64,000 nucleotides of DNA from Eledone cirrhosa (GCA_964016885.1 OZ024763.1:21142001-21206000), one strand, 5' to 3'. Numbered from the stretch's first letter, positions 11,001 to 24,558 are shown. Numbers and translations are program-made. Notes: generated by a model not told the origin, from the letters alone.

Positions 11001-13093
11001 CCTCCAAAAATTGCTTGTCTTGTGCCAATGTAGAGACAGTTATTTTCTATCTCAAAACCAATGACTGGGTGGATAAGGTCGACTGCTGACTCCAAAGTCA
11101 TCAATTAATTCATATCTTATTGCATTTTTGTCTTCGACTCATTTCTTTTAAAAGCGATTGCAGATATGTAAACATATTACATAATCTCACAGTCAGACAG
11201 TCTCGTCTTTTCTCTTCATAGACAAAGTAATGTTTTGAATATTTAATAAATTATTTACCCCCACCCGACCGAATCTGTAACTGTTTCCATAACCTAACCA
11301 GCAGTTATGTTAGAATAATGATTAAAAGGAGGGGAGTAAGAATAAAAATAAAAAAAAAAGGAAAGAATTTGAAAATTCTTAAAAGCGAAAAAATTTGCTC
11401 ATGTCTGTGAATTATGAGAGAGATCTGTAGAATACATTTGTTGTGAAACAAGAAGCATATATTGCTACCAAATCTCTTAGATTTTAACTAGATAAGATAT
11501 TTGGAATTGAAAATTGTTCTACAAGATTTTATTATATTTTATTTTTATAATTTTTTTTTGTTTTTGTTTTTGTAATGTAATGTATAAAGATTATAATATT
11601 CTAGTCGAAGTTTAAACTTCACTATTGATTTACAAACCAGCCTAAATGTAGAAAAATCGATATGGAGTGGCATTCAAACGAAGGAAAAATTAAATGTATT
11701 GTATCTGGTATGGTATTGAAAATTGAAAAACTTTTTTTTTCTTTTAAAATCTCTCGTTTATATTTTGTTTATTTATTTTTTTTTTTACTTTTCATTTTTG
11801 CTTTCTACTATTTTTTTTTTACTTGTTCCAGTCATTAGACTGGCCATACTGGAGCACCATATCCGTTTATTTGATTGTATCGATCCCAATATCTTATTTT
11901 TTGGTACATGTTTTGTCAAAGCGTGAAGTTATGGGACGTGAACACAGATGTAGATACAAATATAAACATAGGCATGAAAACACACACACACAAAGACACA
12001 CATGTATATACACCACTGGGTTCTGCAATTTTCATCTACCAAATTCTACTCACTAAACACACACACACATATGTATTATATATATATATATATACACATA
12101 CATGGGACAGAGGGAGAGAAAGGGGAAGCAAGAGAGAGGTAGAGAGAGAAACAGAAAGAGAGAAAGGGGGAGAGAGAGAGGCATATACAAATATATATGC
12201 GACAGAGGGAGAGAAAGCAGAAGCAAGAGGGAGCAAGAGAGAGAACGAGGAAGCAAGAGAGAGAGAGATAATGTGATATTTAAAAAAATAATTTAATGAT
12301 TATGTTTTTGTGCTGTTTGTGTGTAAGAAATGTTGGTCACACAGTCTGGTCCCTTGAAATAAGACAATAAAAAGCTGAATATAAAATATCTCAATTGAAA
12401 CATAGCAACTAATTTACATGACACAGACTTGCACAGTTGTTAAATGTTGGCAGTAGTAAAAAGATTTATTAACAAATCTGATAATGAATGAATTATAAAG
12501 CTCATAGAACTAAACAGATTTCTAAACTATATTTTACTATTGGTAATGTCACTGCAGTTATTTCTTGAAATAAGAAGTCATTTCTTTTGTCTTCATCTCT
12601 TCAGCTATTCTTTTCACAGGCAATGAAAGCTATAGAAAAAAGAAATGTTTATATGTGGTTGCATTGAGGTGGTGAATTGGCAGAAGACAAAAAGCACCCA
12701 GCACACTCTGTAAATGTGTTTTGGCATGAGGAAAGGCATATAGCCGTAGAAACCAAGCGAAAATCAGTTGTGTGTGAGTGAAACACAATCCTCTGACCTG
12801 ATCTCTCACAAAGGAACAGCTCATCCTACCCATGTTGGCATGTAAAATGGACGTTAAACGATGGTGATGATGATGATTAGAATGTAGGATAGAATGCTTT
12901 GCAGTATATTCATTTCGGCTCTCTGCTCTTTGAGTTCAAATCACAGCAGGGTCAACTTTGCCTTTCATCCTTTTGAGGTCCATAAAAAAAAAGTACCTGT
13001 CTAGTACTGGGATGGATTCTTTCTCTCTCTGGAAGAAATCTGCTCTACTCAGGCCAATAAAAACATTGAAACACTAAAAAAATTCACTTTTAA

Positions 13094-13511
13094 CCCTTTA
13101 ACATTTAAACCGGCAGTATCCGACATAATTCTCTCACCTCTTTCTGTTCAAACTGGCTGTAACCAGCCACTCATATAGACGTTAAGGTACTCTTCTTAAA
13201 ATAAATAACATCAATATCTTGTAGATTCGATATTATGTGAGATAATTATGTAACATTACTCTATATATACTATTATACAATAGTATATATAATTGTTTCT
13301 ACTTTTGGCACAAGGCCAGCAAATTACCCAGTTCATTACTGGTACTTTATTTTATCGGCCCGGTAAAGTTAACCTCGACGGGATTTGAACTCAGACCGTA
13401 AAGGGACGTAACTATGCTGGAAAGCATGGCGTCCAACCCTCTACCGATACTGCCAATTCCCCGCCCTTAGTATTCACCTACAATAGTATATATAATGTAA
13501 ATGCTAAAGGG
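13094..13511. mobile_element. piggyBac-type MITE interrupted by SINE B
   Basis: TTAA|CCCTTTAACATTTA ... TAAATGCTAAAGGG|TTAA; the inserted SINE is flanked by the 18-bp duplication tacaatagtatatataat (13276-13293 and 13479-13496). Confidence 0.85.
13294..13468 (-). mobile_element. SINE family B (tRNA head, Nin/Deu-like domain, ATT-repeat tail)
   Basis: Reverse complement of gcgggga(a)ttggcagtatcggtagag...ctgagttcaaatccc...gataaaataaagtaccag...ggccttgtgccaaaagtagaaacaatt. Confidence 0.8.
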
Positions 13512-13519
13512 TTAACATA

Positions 13520-13941
13520 ACAATTTTATTTTAGGCACAAGGCCAGTAATTTGAGGGAGAAAGAGAAAATCAACTAAATCGACCCCTGTAATAAACTGTT
13601 ACTTTATTTTTATTGATCTTGGAAGGATTAAAGGCAAAGATGACCTCGATGGGATTTGAACTCAGAAAGCAGATAGCTGAAACAAATATCACAGAGCATT
13701 CTATCTAATGTTCTAACAATTCTGCTAATTCACCAGCTCAATACAACAACATATAAACATTTTTTTCTTTTTTTGCTGTGGCTTCCTTGAAATGTTTTAA
13801 CACATTAGTTATATTGGAATACTTTATTTAATTGCTGTTAAAATAACTGTGACATCGTAAAAGATGAACATTTTTTGTGTTTATTTAATGCAGTGATTTA
13901 TGTCAATATTTTGAAAAGCATTACCTCTCAAAAAAAAAATA

Positions 13942-13972
<31 letters not shown>

Positions 13973-15090
13973 AATAAATATTATTTTAGTACAACAAGCT
14001 AATGGAAGGTGGTACATTAACAGAATCAGCAGAGTGTCGATTAAAATGCCATTGTAGTATTTGTATTGGTATTTTACATTCTGTGTTCAAATCCCACCCA
14101 GATCAACTTTATCATTCATCTGTCTGTGGTTGATAAAATAACCTACCAGTCATATACGGGGCTGATTTAATCAACTTTACCCCTCCCCCTATCTTTCTCC
14201 TAAATTTGCTGTTCTTGTGCTTTAATCAGAAATCAATAATAGCAATAAGATTAGCTATTATAAACTTCAGTGGATTGGCTGTAATCGGTAGAGTCGGACA
14301 ACATGCTTTGCATAATTTCTTCTGGCCTGTTATGCTCTGAGTTCAAATGAGGTCAGTAAAATAAAGTACCAGTAATGCACTTGGGTTGATTTACTCAACT
14401 TTCTCCTCCTACAGAATTGTTGGTCTTGTGCCTAAATCAGAAACCATTATTATGACTCTGGTTAGCTTTGCCTTTCATTTTTTTTCGGGGCTGATAAAAT
14501 AAAGTACCAGTAATGCACTGGGTCAATTTAATCGACTTTCCCCTCCTCCCCTAAAATTGTTGACCTTGTGCCAAAATCAGAAACCATTATAAGACTTCAG
14601 TTTTCATTTGAAAATTAGTTGAAAATCATCAGCAGTGATTTTTGTGAGAAATATAATAATGATTTCTACTATAGGCACAAGACCAGCAATGTCAATTAAA
14701 TTGACCCCAGTGTATTACTGGTGCTTTATTTTATCGACCTCATAAGGATGAAAGGCAAAGCTAAGTTCATTGGGATTTGAACTCAGACTGTAAAGAGTTG
14801 TAACTCTATGCTGCAAAGCATGTTGTCCGACGCTCTACCGACACTGCCAATCCACCGCCCATGATAGAAATATGATAATTGTTTCTACTTTTGACACAAG
14901 GCCAACAGTTACCTCAGTGCATTACTGGTACTTTATTTTATCAACCCCGTAAGGGTAAAAGGCAACGTTAACCTTGGTGGGATTTGAACTCAGAACATAA
15001 AGGACCATAACTCTATGCTAAAAAGTATGGTGTCCGATGCTCTACCGATACTGCCAATCCACCGCCCTTCTTAGAAATATGATAATGAAA
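13520..15090. mobile_element. Cluster of about 6 SINE B copies in both orientations
   Basis: Repeated ctttgcctttcatcc / gataaaataaagtaccag / ggccttgtgcc motifs; the 14880-15070 copy is flanked by duplicated agaaatatgataat. Confidence 0.8.
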
Positions 15091-15584
15091 GAGGTAAACA
15101 AGCTAATGATTCTAATGAAGGATATTTTGCTATTTCGAGATTGCTTTCCCTTCTTTTTTCTTTTGTTAGCATGAGTATAATTTTGTGGAGTGAGTTAAGT
15201 AGGCAACCGAGACATGGCTGTTTGGATGTTTGAATTTTCTAATGAGGATTTTGGGAATTGAAGACGTAAAATAATGTTTACACCATGCCTGCTACAGTAG
15301 CAGGAAGAAGAATAAGAATAATAAGATCATTCATTGTGAATGGATAATGAGAATTGGGATAAAGAAATGTTATAGGTTGATGGCAACCTGAACAAAGATC
15401 ATTCCAGAAGCCAAAAGAAGACAACAAAACAAAATTTGAAATGAAATATAAAGAATTTCAGGTGGTCTGAGGCTTAACTTGATGCCTGTTATGTCAAAAG
15501 AAGATGGAGAGCTGATTATCTAAGTCCATTGAACTCCATCGAAAGATCTGACATAAAATTATCAATAAACAGAGAAATATATTA

Positions 15585-15845
15585 CTAATGATGTATGTGT
15601 ATGTGTATGTATGTATGTGTGTGTGTATGTATGTATGTATGTATGTGTGTGTGTGTATGTATGTATGTATGTATATATGTATGTATGTGTATATGTATGT
15701 ATATGTATGTATGTATCTATATATGTATATGTGTGTGTATATGTATGTATGTGTATATGTTGTGTGTATATGTATGTATATGTGTGTATATATGTATGTA
15801 TAGTCCCAGAGGACTATACATACATATATACATATATATACATAT
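15585..15845. repeat. (GTAT)/(GT)/(AT) microsatellite
   Basis: Direct inspection. Confidence 0.95.
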
Positions 15846-15849
15846 ATTG

Positions 15850-16250
15850 CTCACTATAAAAGCTTCACGGCACAGGCATTGCTTTATATCTGGAGATCTC
15901 TCTGCACTTGTTGTCACATGGTACCATGGGCCCAGCACTATGTGTCAATAATTGTCACAAGTGTAGTGTTTGTACCAAAGTTTTCAAGTCGCTGGCCGGA
16001 CTGAAAAGTCACACTCATTCAGCGCATCGGTAGGGGTTCTCCTACATGGATATAAAGTAGTGGCCGTACTCGAAAACGAGTTGGCAGCCACCATAGTCCC
16101 AGAGGAGTCTATAGTTGCCATGTTTATGCCAGAGGGTGCAAGTCTTTGGCTGGTTTGAAAAGCCACATTTGTGCCTCTCATTTTTAAGCATTTTATTGGG
16201 TGATGGCAATGCTTGAACACAAGTTTGCGGCCATCAGGTATGTATGCATT
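15850..16250 (+). mobile_element. Probable LINE 3' end encoding a single terminal C2H2 zinc finger
   Basis: 15962-16033 reads CSVCTKVFKSLAGLKSHTHSAHR-stop; segment ends ggccatcaggtatgtatg, as does the element ending near 40730. Confidence 0.5.
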
Positions 16251-17387
16251 TATGAATGTGTGTATGTGTGTGTGTGTGTGTGTGTGGATGGATGGATGGA
16301 TGGATGGATGTAGCTGCAACTCATAGTGGAGTCATAGGGACACTGTAGTGACATACAGTGTTGTTTCTTGGCCACCTGTCGAAACCCATCCCATCCACAT
16401 CTTCATGTTTGAATACAGCTGATTTCTTCCAGAGCAGGAGAGAGAGAGAGAAAGAGTGAAAGAAAGGAAGTGAGAAAGCTGGTGAGTTAATCCTGCGATA
16501 GACCGGCATCCTTTCCAGGGAGAGTCTTGTACTCTCAGTTGCTTAATGCCAAGTAAACTGGGGGATAAGTGCTGGCCTGATGAACTTCTGGGTTCAAGAT
16601 TAACTTTATACTGACTCAGAAAGTCACTAATAAGTTCAATTGTGAATGTATAACTCTGCTTATATGATGAGTACCACTATTAATTTGTGGCTTAGTCACT
16701 GACTCCAAGTATAAAACCAATTTGAAGAGTCTAAGCCAGGCTATTATGGAAAGTAATTACAGCTAATTCTCGATTAACCCTTTTCATTAGCATCTAAGCT
16801 ATAATAAAGTAAGAAGCGAGGGACTGCGTACGGTTTATAATTTTTTATCCCCTTAGTAAAATAAGTTGGATTACTTTGCATAAATAATGAATGAATATTA
16901 CATAATTTATCTACTAAATTTCGTGGGTGTTCATTAAATATATTTTATTACTTATTTAAAGATTCACTTCTTTAAAACTTTCAAATGTCAACACTTCCGG
17001 TTAGCGATCGCTTAAATAAATATTCATATATTTCTGTCACTAATTTTCTCCTAATGCAGTTTATATATAATATCGTCTTTTTTTAATGTATCATAGATTA
17101 CGTTACTGATTACATAAGACAGTGTAACAGAGTCTTCATTCAATTTCTGTGTATATTGTCAATTACGATTTTATTTCATGTATCATATCTACATGCTTAT
17201 ATACTTGCATTATAATATCAATATACACACTAGACATGCTAGCAGAAAACCACCCGAAGAGTGGTTTTTCTGCTAGTCTTTATAATGGAAGAAACTACTT
17301 TTGTTTTTCTAATAATTTTGAAAATAATCAAGAATTTAGAGGGATTTAGTTATATAATTAATATAATTAAAATTCTCGTTATTAAGT

Positions 17388-17615
17388 TAGTGGATTGGCA
17401 ATATCGGTAGAGTGTCATACAACATGCTTCGTGGCATATTGTTTCAGTCCTTTATGTCCTGAGTTCCAATCCCACCGAGGTTAGCTTTGCCTTTCATCTT
17501 TACAAGGTTAATAAAATAAAGTAATTAAGTACCAGTAATGCACTGGGGTTGATATAATCAACTTCCACCGCCCCCAGAATTGTTGGCCTTGTGTCTAAAT
17601 CAGAAACTGTTCTTC
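17388..17615 (+). mobile_element. SINE family B, near full length
   Basis: gtggattggcaatatcggtagag head, gagttccaatccc B-box-like motif, central domain and tail. Confidence 0.8.
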
Positions 17616-17689
17616 TTATTATTTTGTTCTTGTGTTTAAACTATATTTATTGGCTTTCACTATATTAATTCTGTGAAACACAGAAAGAT

Positions 17690-17701
17690 AGAGAGAGAGT
17701 G

Positions 17702-17750
<49 letters not shown>

Positions 17751-18095
17751 TGTGTGGTGTGTGAGAGAGATAGAGAGAGAGTGTGTGTGTGGTGTGTGAG
17801 AGAGTGTGTGTGTGGTGTGTGAGAGAGATAGAGAGAGAGTGTGTGTGTGGTGTGTGAGAGAGAGTGTGTGTGTGTGAGGTGTGTGAAACAGAGAGAGAAG
17901 GAGAGAGTGGGGTGTGAGAGAGAGAGAGGGAGAGAGTGAGTGTAGTGTGAGAGACATAGAGATAGATAGAAAGATAGAGAGAGAGACAGACAGTGTGTGG
18001 TGTGTGAAACACAGAGAGAGAGAAAAAGGGTGTGGTGTGTGAGACAGAAAGAGAGAGAGCGAGAGAGAGAAAGAGAGAGTGTGTGTGTGTGAGGC
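17690..18095. repeat. (GA)/(GT) compound microsatellite
   Basis: Direct inspection. Confidence 0.95.
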
Positions 18096-18679
18096 AGGGG
18101 GAGGGGGCGGTAGGAATTGGCGGACAAAAAAACAAACCACTTACTTAATTTGTCCATTGGTAGGATGAGTCAACTCTACAGACAAATAAAGAAAAATTCT
18201 AAAGAATTCAATGATGATAAACGAAGAATATATGTAGAAAACCACCCCCAAAATGGACACAATCATTAACAATTGATTTTTATTTTTAATGATATGTGTG
18301 TTAATAAATTACTTTTCAAAAAGTTTGTTTATAAGAGACAGGAAGTGTGAAACTAAAGACAAGATTTTTATGGTAGAGCACAGTTTTGCCATAAAGATTA
18401 AAATCATCTGATCCAGTGTCAACAGTTTCTTAGCTAAAGTTCAAGCTAGAAATTTATTACAATATAGCTGTTGTTAATCCTTTGATATGTTTGATTTTCA
18501 TATGGTTTCAAATAAATAAGGAATATAAAAAAAAAAAAAAAAATGGTTATGATTAAAACTGATTATAGAAAATATTTGTAGAGTGGGTATCTTTTATTCA
18601 TGAGTTTCTTATCTATCAGTATATTGACAATAAATGTCTCCCCCCCATCTTCTCCTCTCTCTGTCTCATTGTTTGTCAG

Positions 18680-18720
<41 letters not shown>

Positions 18721-18886
18721 CTTTCTCTCTGTCTTTGTCTCTCTCTCTCTGTCTCGCCCCTCTCTCTCTCTGTCTTTCTCTCTTTCTCTTTCTATCTCTG
18801 TCTCTCTCTTCCTCCCCCTGCCTCTTTTTCTCTCTCCCTTTTTATCTGTCTCTCTTTGTCTCACTGTGTCTCTCTCTGTCTCTTCC

Positions 18887-18929
<43 letters not shown>

Positions 18930-19455
18930 TACAGTTTATTACACACATACATATACACAGTTTATTACACACATACATACACACAGTTTATTACACACAT
19001 ACATACACACAGTTTATTACACACATACATACACATAGTTTATTACTCATATACAGGAACACACACAATTCTATTAATTCAAAGATTGGTGGTGATGGTG
19101 GTGGAGGTATATTTATTTATATATTGTTCAATAAATATTACAATCTATACAGTCTATTAACTTTCTGAATGAAATCTATAATCTATAATCATTTTATGCA
19201 ATCAAAAATAACAACAAAAAAAAGAAAAAAGTATCTTATTTTATTACTTTCTATTTATTTTAATTTTTTATTTTATTTTTCTTTATTTTGCTATTATTTA
19301 AAATTCCTGATTGATTTAATGTTTTTAAGTTACAAGCCAGGTAAGATTTCTTTAGATATAAAGAATGGCTGGTAAGAAAGCCAAATTTATTTAGAATCCA
19401 ATTCACTAACCTCCAAGTCACGCACTTTCACTATTTATAACTAAAAATAGTTTAA

Positions 19456-19676
19456 CCCTTCAGCATTTAAAGCGACCGCATCTGGTCAGAATTCCCTCAC
19501 CTCTTTCTGATCAAACTGGCTGTAACTAGCCACTCATGCTTAGGTTAAGGTATTGTTCTCAAAATAATTAATAACATCATCAAAATCTTGTAGATTCGAT
19601 ATTATGAGAGATAATTATGTGAAATAACACCTTTAGCACAAAAATACAATAGCAGAGTAATGTAAATGCTAAAGGG
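19456..19676. mobile_element. piggyBac-type MITE
   Basis: TTAA|CCCTTCAGCATTTA...TAAATGCTAAAGGG|TTAA. Confidence 0.85.
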
Positions 19677-19822
19677 TTAAGGTTTTTTTTTTACTACATC
19701 TTAGACATCTGGACAACACTAGGTAATCTTCTTTGATATCAAACTACCTGAAACTATCCCCTGGCTCTATGATAAGCTACTGTTCATATCTAAAGTGTTT
19801 ATATTTAAATTAAAACCTTTCC

Positions 19823-20478
19823 TGGTGGATTAGCAGAATCAGTAGAGCATAAGACAACATGCTTTACAGCATATAGTTATGTCTGGTGATATTCTGAGCT
19901 CAAATCTCGCTGAGATTAGCTTTGCCTTTCATCCTTACGGGGTTGATAAAATAAAGTACCAGTAATGCACTAGGGTTGATTTAATCAATTTTCCCCTTCC
20001 CCCAAAATTGTTGGCCTTGTGCCTAAACCAAAAACCATTATTATTTTCAGAAATGTCCTTTATATTAGAATCTGGGACCATACTATAGAGTGAGTATTTA
20101 ATTTTCACTAACGTCCTCTATATTAGAATATGGGACCATACTAGAGACCAGTGGTCCCCAAAGTGGGTTCAGCAGAACCCAAGGGTTCTGCAAAGGAGTG
20201 TCTGGGGTTCTATGAAAAAAGTGAGGTTAGGAAACCCTGCAATGTCTATTATATTAGAATCTGGGACCATCCCATACCATACCGTTGTTTTTAGGTATAA
20301 TAATTGTTTCTACTTTTGGCACAAGGCCAGCAATTACCCAGTGCATTACTGGTACTTTATTTTATCAACCCCATAAGGATGAAAGGCAAAGTTAACCTTG
20401 GCGGGATTTGAACTCAGAATGGCAAGGGCCGTAACTCTTTGCGTCAGAGCATGACGTCCAACCCTCTACTGATACTGA
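19823..20478. mobile_element. Two SINE B copies (19823-20042 +, 20300-20478 -) around a possible small hAT-like MITE (20149-20239)
   Basis: SINE B motifs; cagtggtccccaa...ttaggaaaccctg ends are hAT-like but no 8-bp target duplication is seen. Confidence 0.65.
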
Positions 20479-21041
20479 ATATGATAAACACATACACAAC
20501 CTCTATTGATACTGAATATGATACACACATACATTACAATATATTATGAAATTAGAGTATATTATAAAATGGTGTCTAGCGACAATTTTCTATATACAGA
20601 TATTGATAGTATATTATAAAATTAGAGAGTATATATTTTTCAGTAATGCCCTTTATATTAAAATCCAGGTCCATACCATACCATACCAATATTTTTTAGG
20701 TATAACACAATAAACACATGCATTAAAGTATGTTATAATTTTTTGAATTAACATTAGAGATTATATATTTTTCAGTAATGTCCTTTATATTAAAATCAAA
20801 AATGAATAAAAATAAATTACCACAAAACTAAATGCTTTAAAAAAAAAAAATGTTTTATATATCATTCAATTTTAATGTATAAAAACGTTATCGATCAATA
20901 GAATTTCTTGAGTTAACTTAGGATATTAAAAACCAAATTAACAGTCTTGAGATTTGAAAAACATTTATGATGTATTATGTTTGTTTTTTTTTCTAAAGAA
21001 AACAAATGTTAGTTATTTCTTTATTTGATAATAAGACAAAT

Positions 21042-21162
<121 letters not shown>

Positions 21163-21914
21163 CATATATACATTATAAACACACACATATATATGCATAC
21201 ATACACACATACATTCACATATATATATACATATATACACACATAGATATATATACATACACACACAGATATATATACATACACACACACATACAGATAC
21301 ATATATATACATATATACACTAAGATATTTATGTGGAACTATAAATCATGAACTTGTGGATTAGCTTTCATTTATGATTTGACTATTGAACTTTCTTGCT
21401 TTCTTTAAGATCAATAAAATCACTGTTGGTCTTGAGCTGCTAAACTGAAAGGTCGTGACTTTAAAATTCTATTGCATTCTATTGTGTGTTGTATATACCC
21501 TGTGGCATGGTTCATTATTTTGTTTGTTTAATTAAATCCAACTGGAAAAACTACTGTAGCCACAGCATAATTGGTTGGTTTGTATTTGGAAAGGGCATCA
21601 TTCGCTTTTGTTAAAAATATGAAAGCAATTTGATTAACGTCTTTAGATATTGGTATTTTAAGATTCCTCTCCTTTTTCTTCTCCTCCTCCCACTCATGTT
21701 AGCATGGGAATCATAATTTTATGTAAAAACCTTTGTTAAGCTATGTTCCAAATATCAGCTTTCGTCCGAAGAAGTAGTAACGGCTATACCTGGAGCTACT
21801 TGCAGATCTCTGAGCTTAACATTTTAACAAGTAACATTACCCCAGCGACCCTTTGGAGGAACCCCATTTTGGCCTCTTGTATTCACAGTCATATTATATT
21901 ATTTCAGTCATTAA

Positions 21915-22131
21915 CTCTTTAGCATTTACATTAGTCTATATATACTATTGTATTTTTGTGGTAAAGGCTTTTTATCTTACATAATTATCTCACATAATAT
22001 CGAATCTACAAGATTTTGATGTTATTTATTTTGAGAGCTTAATGTCAGTAAAAGCGGCCAGTTAAAGCCAGTTTGAACAGAAAGAGGCATTAGAATTCTG
22101 GCCGGATACGTCTGGTTTAGATGCTAAAGGG
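21915..22131. mobile_element. piggyBac-type MITE, opposite orientation
   Basis: TTAA|CTCTTTAGCATTTACA...ATGCTAAAGGG|TTAA. Confidence 0.85.
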
Positions 22132-22194
22132 TTAACCTGATATTCATTGCGATAGGTTGGCATAAACACAGAATCAAAGATAGCAAGTTGGCTT

Positions 22195-22442
22195 TTACAG
22201 CTACCACCTTTCTTCTTTGTCTTCAGGTGGTATCTAATAACCCATGCAAATAACTGCACTTTTATATATATATATATATATGTATGTTTTACACCTACCA
22301 CCTTTCTTCTTTGTCTTCAGGTGGTATCTCATAACCCATGCAAATAACTGCACTTTTATATATATATATATGTATGTTTTACACCTACCACCTTGCTTCT
22401 TTGTCTTCAGGTGGTATCTAATAACCCATGCAAATAACTGCA

Positions 22443-22450
<8 letters not shown>
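22195..22450. repeat. About 90-100-bp tandem repeat x3
   Basis: ctaccacctttcttctttgtcttcaggtggtatct...gcaaataactgcactttt(ta)n repeated. Confidence 0.9.
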
Positions 22451-22511
<61 letters not shown>

Positions 22512-23094
22512 GTGGATGGATACCTCAACAGGTACAATGTACTTGTAGAAATATTCAAGTTGTTTATAATACATATGGTTCAATGGCACTAATTCGAGAT
22601 ACCAGAACAATATAAAAGTAGCGGAACAAACGGTTATTAAACAATTTTCTAAATAAATTAAAAAATGATTAAATAATCACTTGTTCAGATGCTGTTACCG
22701 ACGGTTTCATCATTCCGAAAGATTGGAAATCCAACGAATTTCCAATGGAAAGAAACGAATATATATATATATATATATACATGTGCTTGTAGACAAACAA
22801 ATAAACATACATACATACTTAAAACAGTTTTCGATATAGTTAAAGCAGAGTTTATATAGAAACACCAATAATCTGATTGTGTTCATTATCCTCGACTGTG
22901 AGATAATATCTGCTTATAAAAATCATTTCCGTGTATTTTGCTGAAATTATATTGTGTATTCTGCTAAAACACTAAAGTGGTTTTAAGCTCATACATTAGT
23001 GATTATAATCACTTATTGATCTGTATAGTAATCAGATCAATAATACAAAAGTCCTATAGTTAAGCATTTTTTTTTTCCTATTTTAATATATGTT

Positions 23095-23156
<62 letters not shown>

Positions 23157-23464
23157 TGAGAGAGAGAGAGAGACATGTATGTATATATATATTAATTTTA
23201 TTTACTTTTAGAAATTTTAGAAAGTAAATGTAAGCAATAACTATGATTTCTTTGGTGTGTTGATCTCCAAGTGTTAAGTTGAAATAATATGTGTATGATT
23301 TGAAGTGGCTTTGAATGTCACTGGGAGAGATTGTCTGTCACCAATGAGCAACTGACTCTATGGGAACCTTCATCCAATATATATATATATATGAGGGAAG
23401 GAATTCTGTGAGAGAACATCGTTATTTTTCTCCCTCATATCAAGAATTTGAAGACAATTCATTT

Positions 23465-23538
23465 TCACCTGATGAGATCAGTGATAATCGATCATGGCTT
23501 CACAATCGATCTATCTCTTATTGAAACATGTGTCGTGA
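23465..23538 (+). ncRNA. Hammerhead ribozyme, type I, canonical core
   Basis: TCAC-CTGATGA-helix II (GATCAGTGATA/TATCTCTTATT, 9 of 11 paired)-GAAAC-ATGT-GTC-GTGA; predicted cleavage after C23534. Confidence 0.8.
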
Positions 23539-23593
23539 TTAAATGATTGGAATTTTACCTTGCCTTCGGATTTTCATTTATATATATATATAT

Positions 23594-23813
23594 ACTCAGC
23601 TGTAGAAATGAGATGATAGGGACTGGGATCCCTATCATTCCACAGCAAAGTGGTTGTGGAGGTGCCACGGCAAAAAAGCACCCAGCACTCACTGTAAATG
23701 AGGTTGGTGTTAGGAAGGGCATCCAGCTGTAGAAATCAAGCCAGAATCAGTTCCCATCCCACCCTTGCAAGCAGGGAAAAGTGGGCATAAAATGAAATGA
23801 TGATGATGATGAT
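23594..23813 (+). mobile_element. SINE family A, 5'-truncated
   Basis: Matches the 3' two-thirds of 6916-7236; ends in TGA repeats. Confidence 0.85.
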
Positions 23814-23835
23814 GTGTGTGTATATATATATATAT

Positions 23836-24010
23836 AGGAAAATGTTCAAGATTCCGGCAGCTATTTCTGGACTCGAAATAGCTGTCGAAATGGCTTGAGC
23901 TCTGCCGTCGGGGTCTTGAACATTTTCCTATTACCCACTCTATTATCCAAAGTATGGAGTACTCTAATGCGTTATGGACCACCTGGTTCCTTACCACACT
24001 TCCTTCGTTT
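23836..24010 (-). mobile_element. (TA)n-embedded hairpin-ended repeat
   Basis: Homologue of 7338-7475 with fold-back aggaaaatgttcaaga...tcttgaacattttcct. Confidence 0.7.
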
Positions 24011-24030
24011 TATATATATATATATATATG

Positions 24031-24091
<61 letters not shown>

Positions 24092-24219
24092 AAAGTTATA
24101 TTTAAATTGTTGGGTTAACCACGAGTAAATATTTATAACTGATATAAAAGCACTCAACAAGTATTTGGAGTATATTTATGATATTAAATAAATGGAAACT
24201 ATATTTATAAAACCATATT

Positions 24220-24285
24220 TATTTCATTATATATATTTCAGGGATATCATATTAACAATATGTTATGCCTTCTTCAGACAAAATA
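24220..24285 (-). ncRNA. Hammerhead ribozyme, type I (left arm of palindrome)
   Basis: Reverse complement of 24433-24498. Confidence 0.75.
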
Positions 24286-24432
24286 CAATATAAACAGTCT
24301 TATAAATAAATAGATATGACATACCTTTCAATCGACTTGCATTTGGGAAGTTGATTTGGCAGATCAACTTCCCAAATGCAAGTCGATTGAAAGGTATGTC
24401 ATATCTATTTATTTATAAGACTGTTTATATTG

Positions 24433-24498
24433 TATTTTGTCTGAAGAAGGCATAACATATTGTTAATATGATATCCCTGAAATATATATAATGAAATA
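24433..24498 (+). ncRNA. Hammerhead ribozyme, type I (right arm of palindrome)
   Basis: TATTTTGT-CTGAAGA-AGG...CCT-GAAA-T-ATAT-A-TA-ATGAAATA; helix I has 8 pairs (2 G-U); predicted cleavage after A24490. Confidence 0.75.
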
Positions 24499-24558
24499 AA
24501 TATGGTTTTATAAATATAGTTTCCATTTATTTAATATCATATATATATATATATATAT

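Larger units (their letters stand above)
24178..24540. repeat. Near-perfect palindrome with 178-bp arms
   Basis: 24178-24355 is the reverse complement of 24363-24540; centre at 24359. Confidence 0.95.

Noticed and set aside
19330-19340. 11-nt micro-exon (tttttaag|TTACAAGCCAG|gtaaga)
   Set aside because: Consensus donor, but such matches are expected by chance in 64 kb of AT-rich DNA.
21740-21820. Minus-strand hairpin followed by GAAAGCT
   Set aside because: No recognisable CUGANGA half or helix I; too decayed to call.
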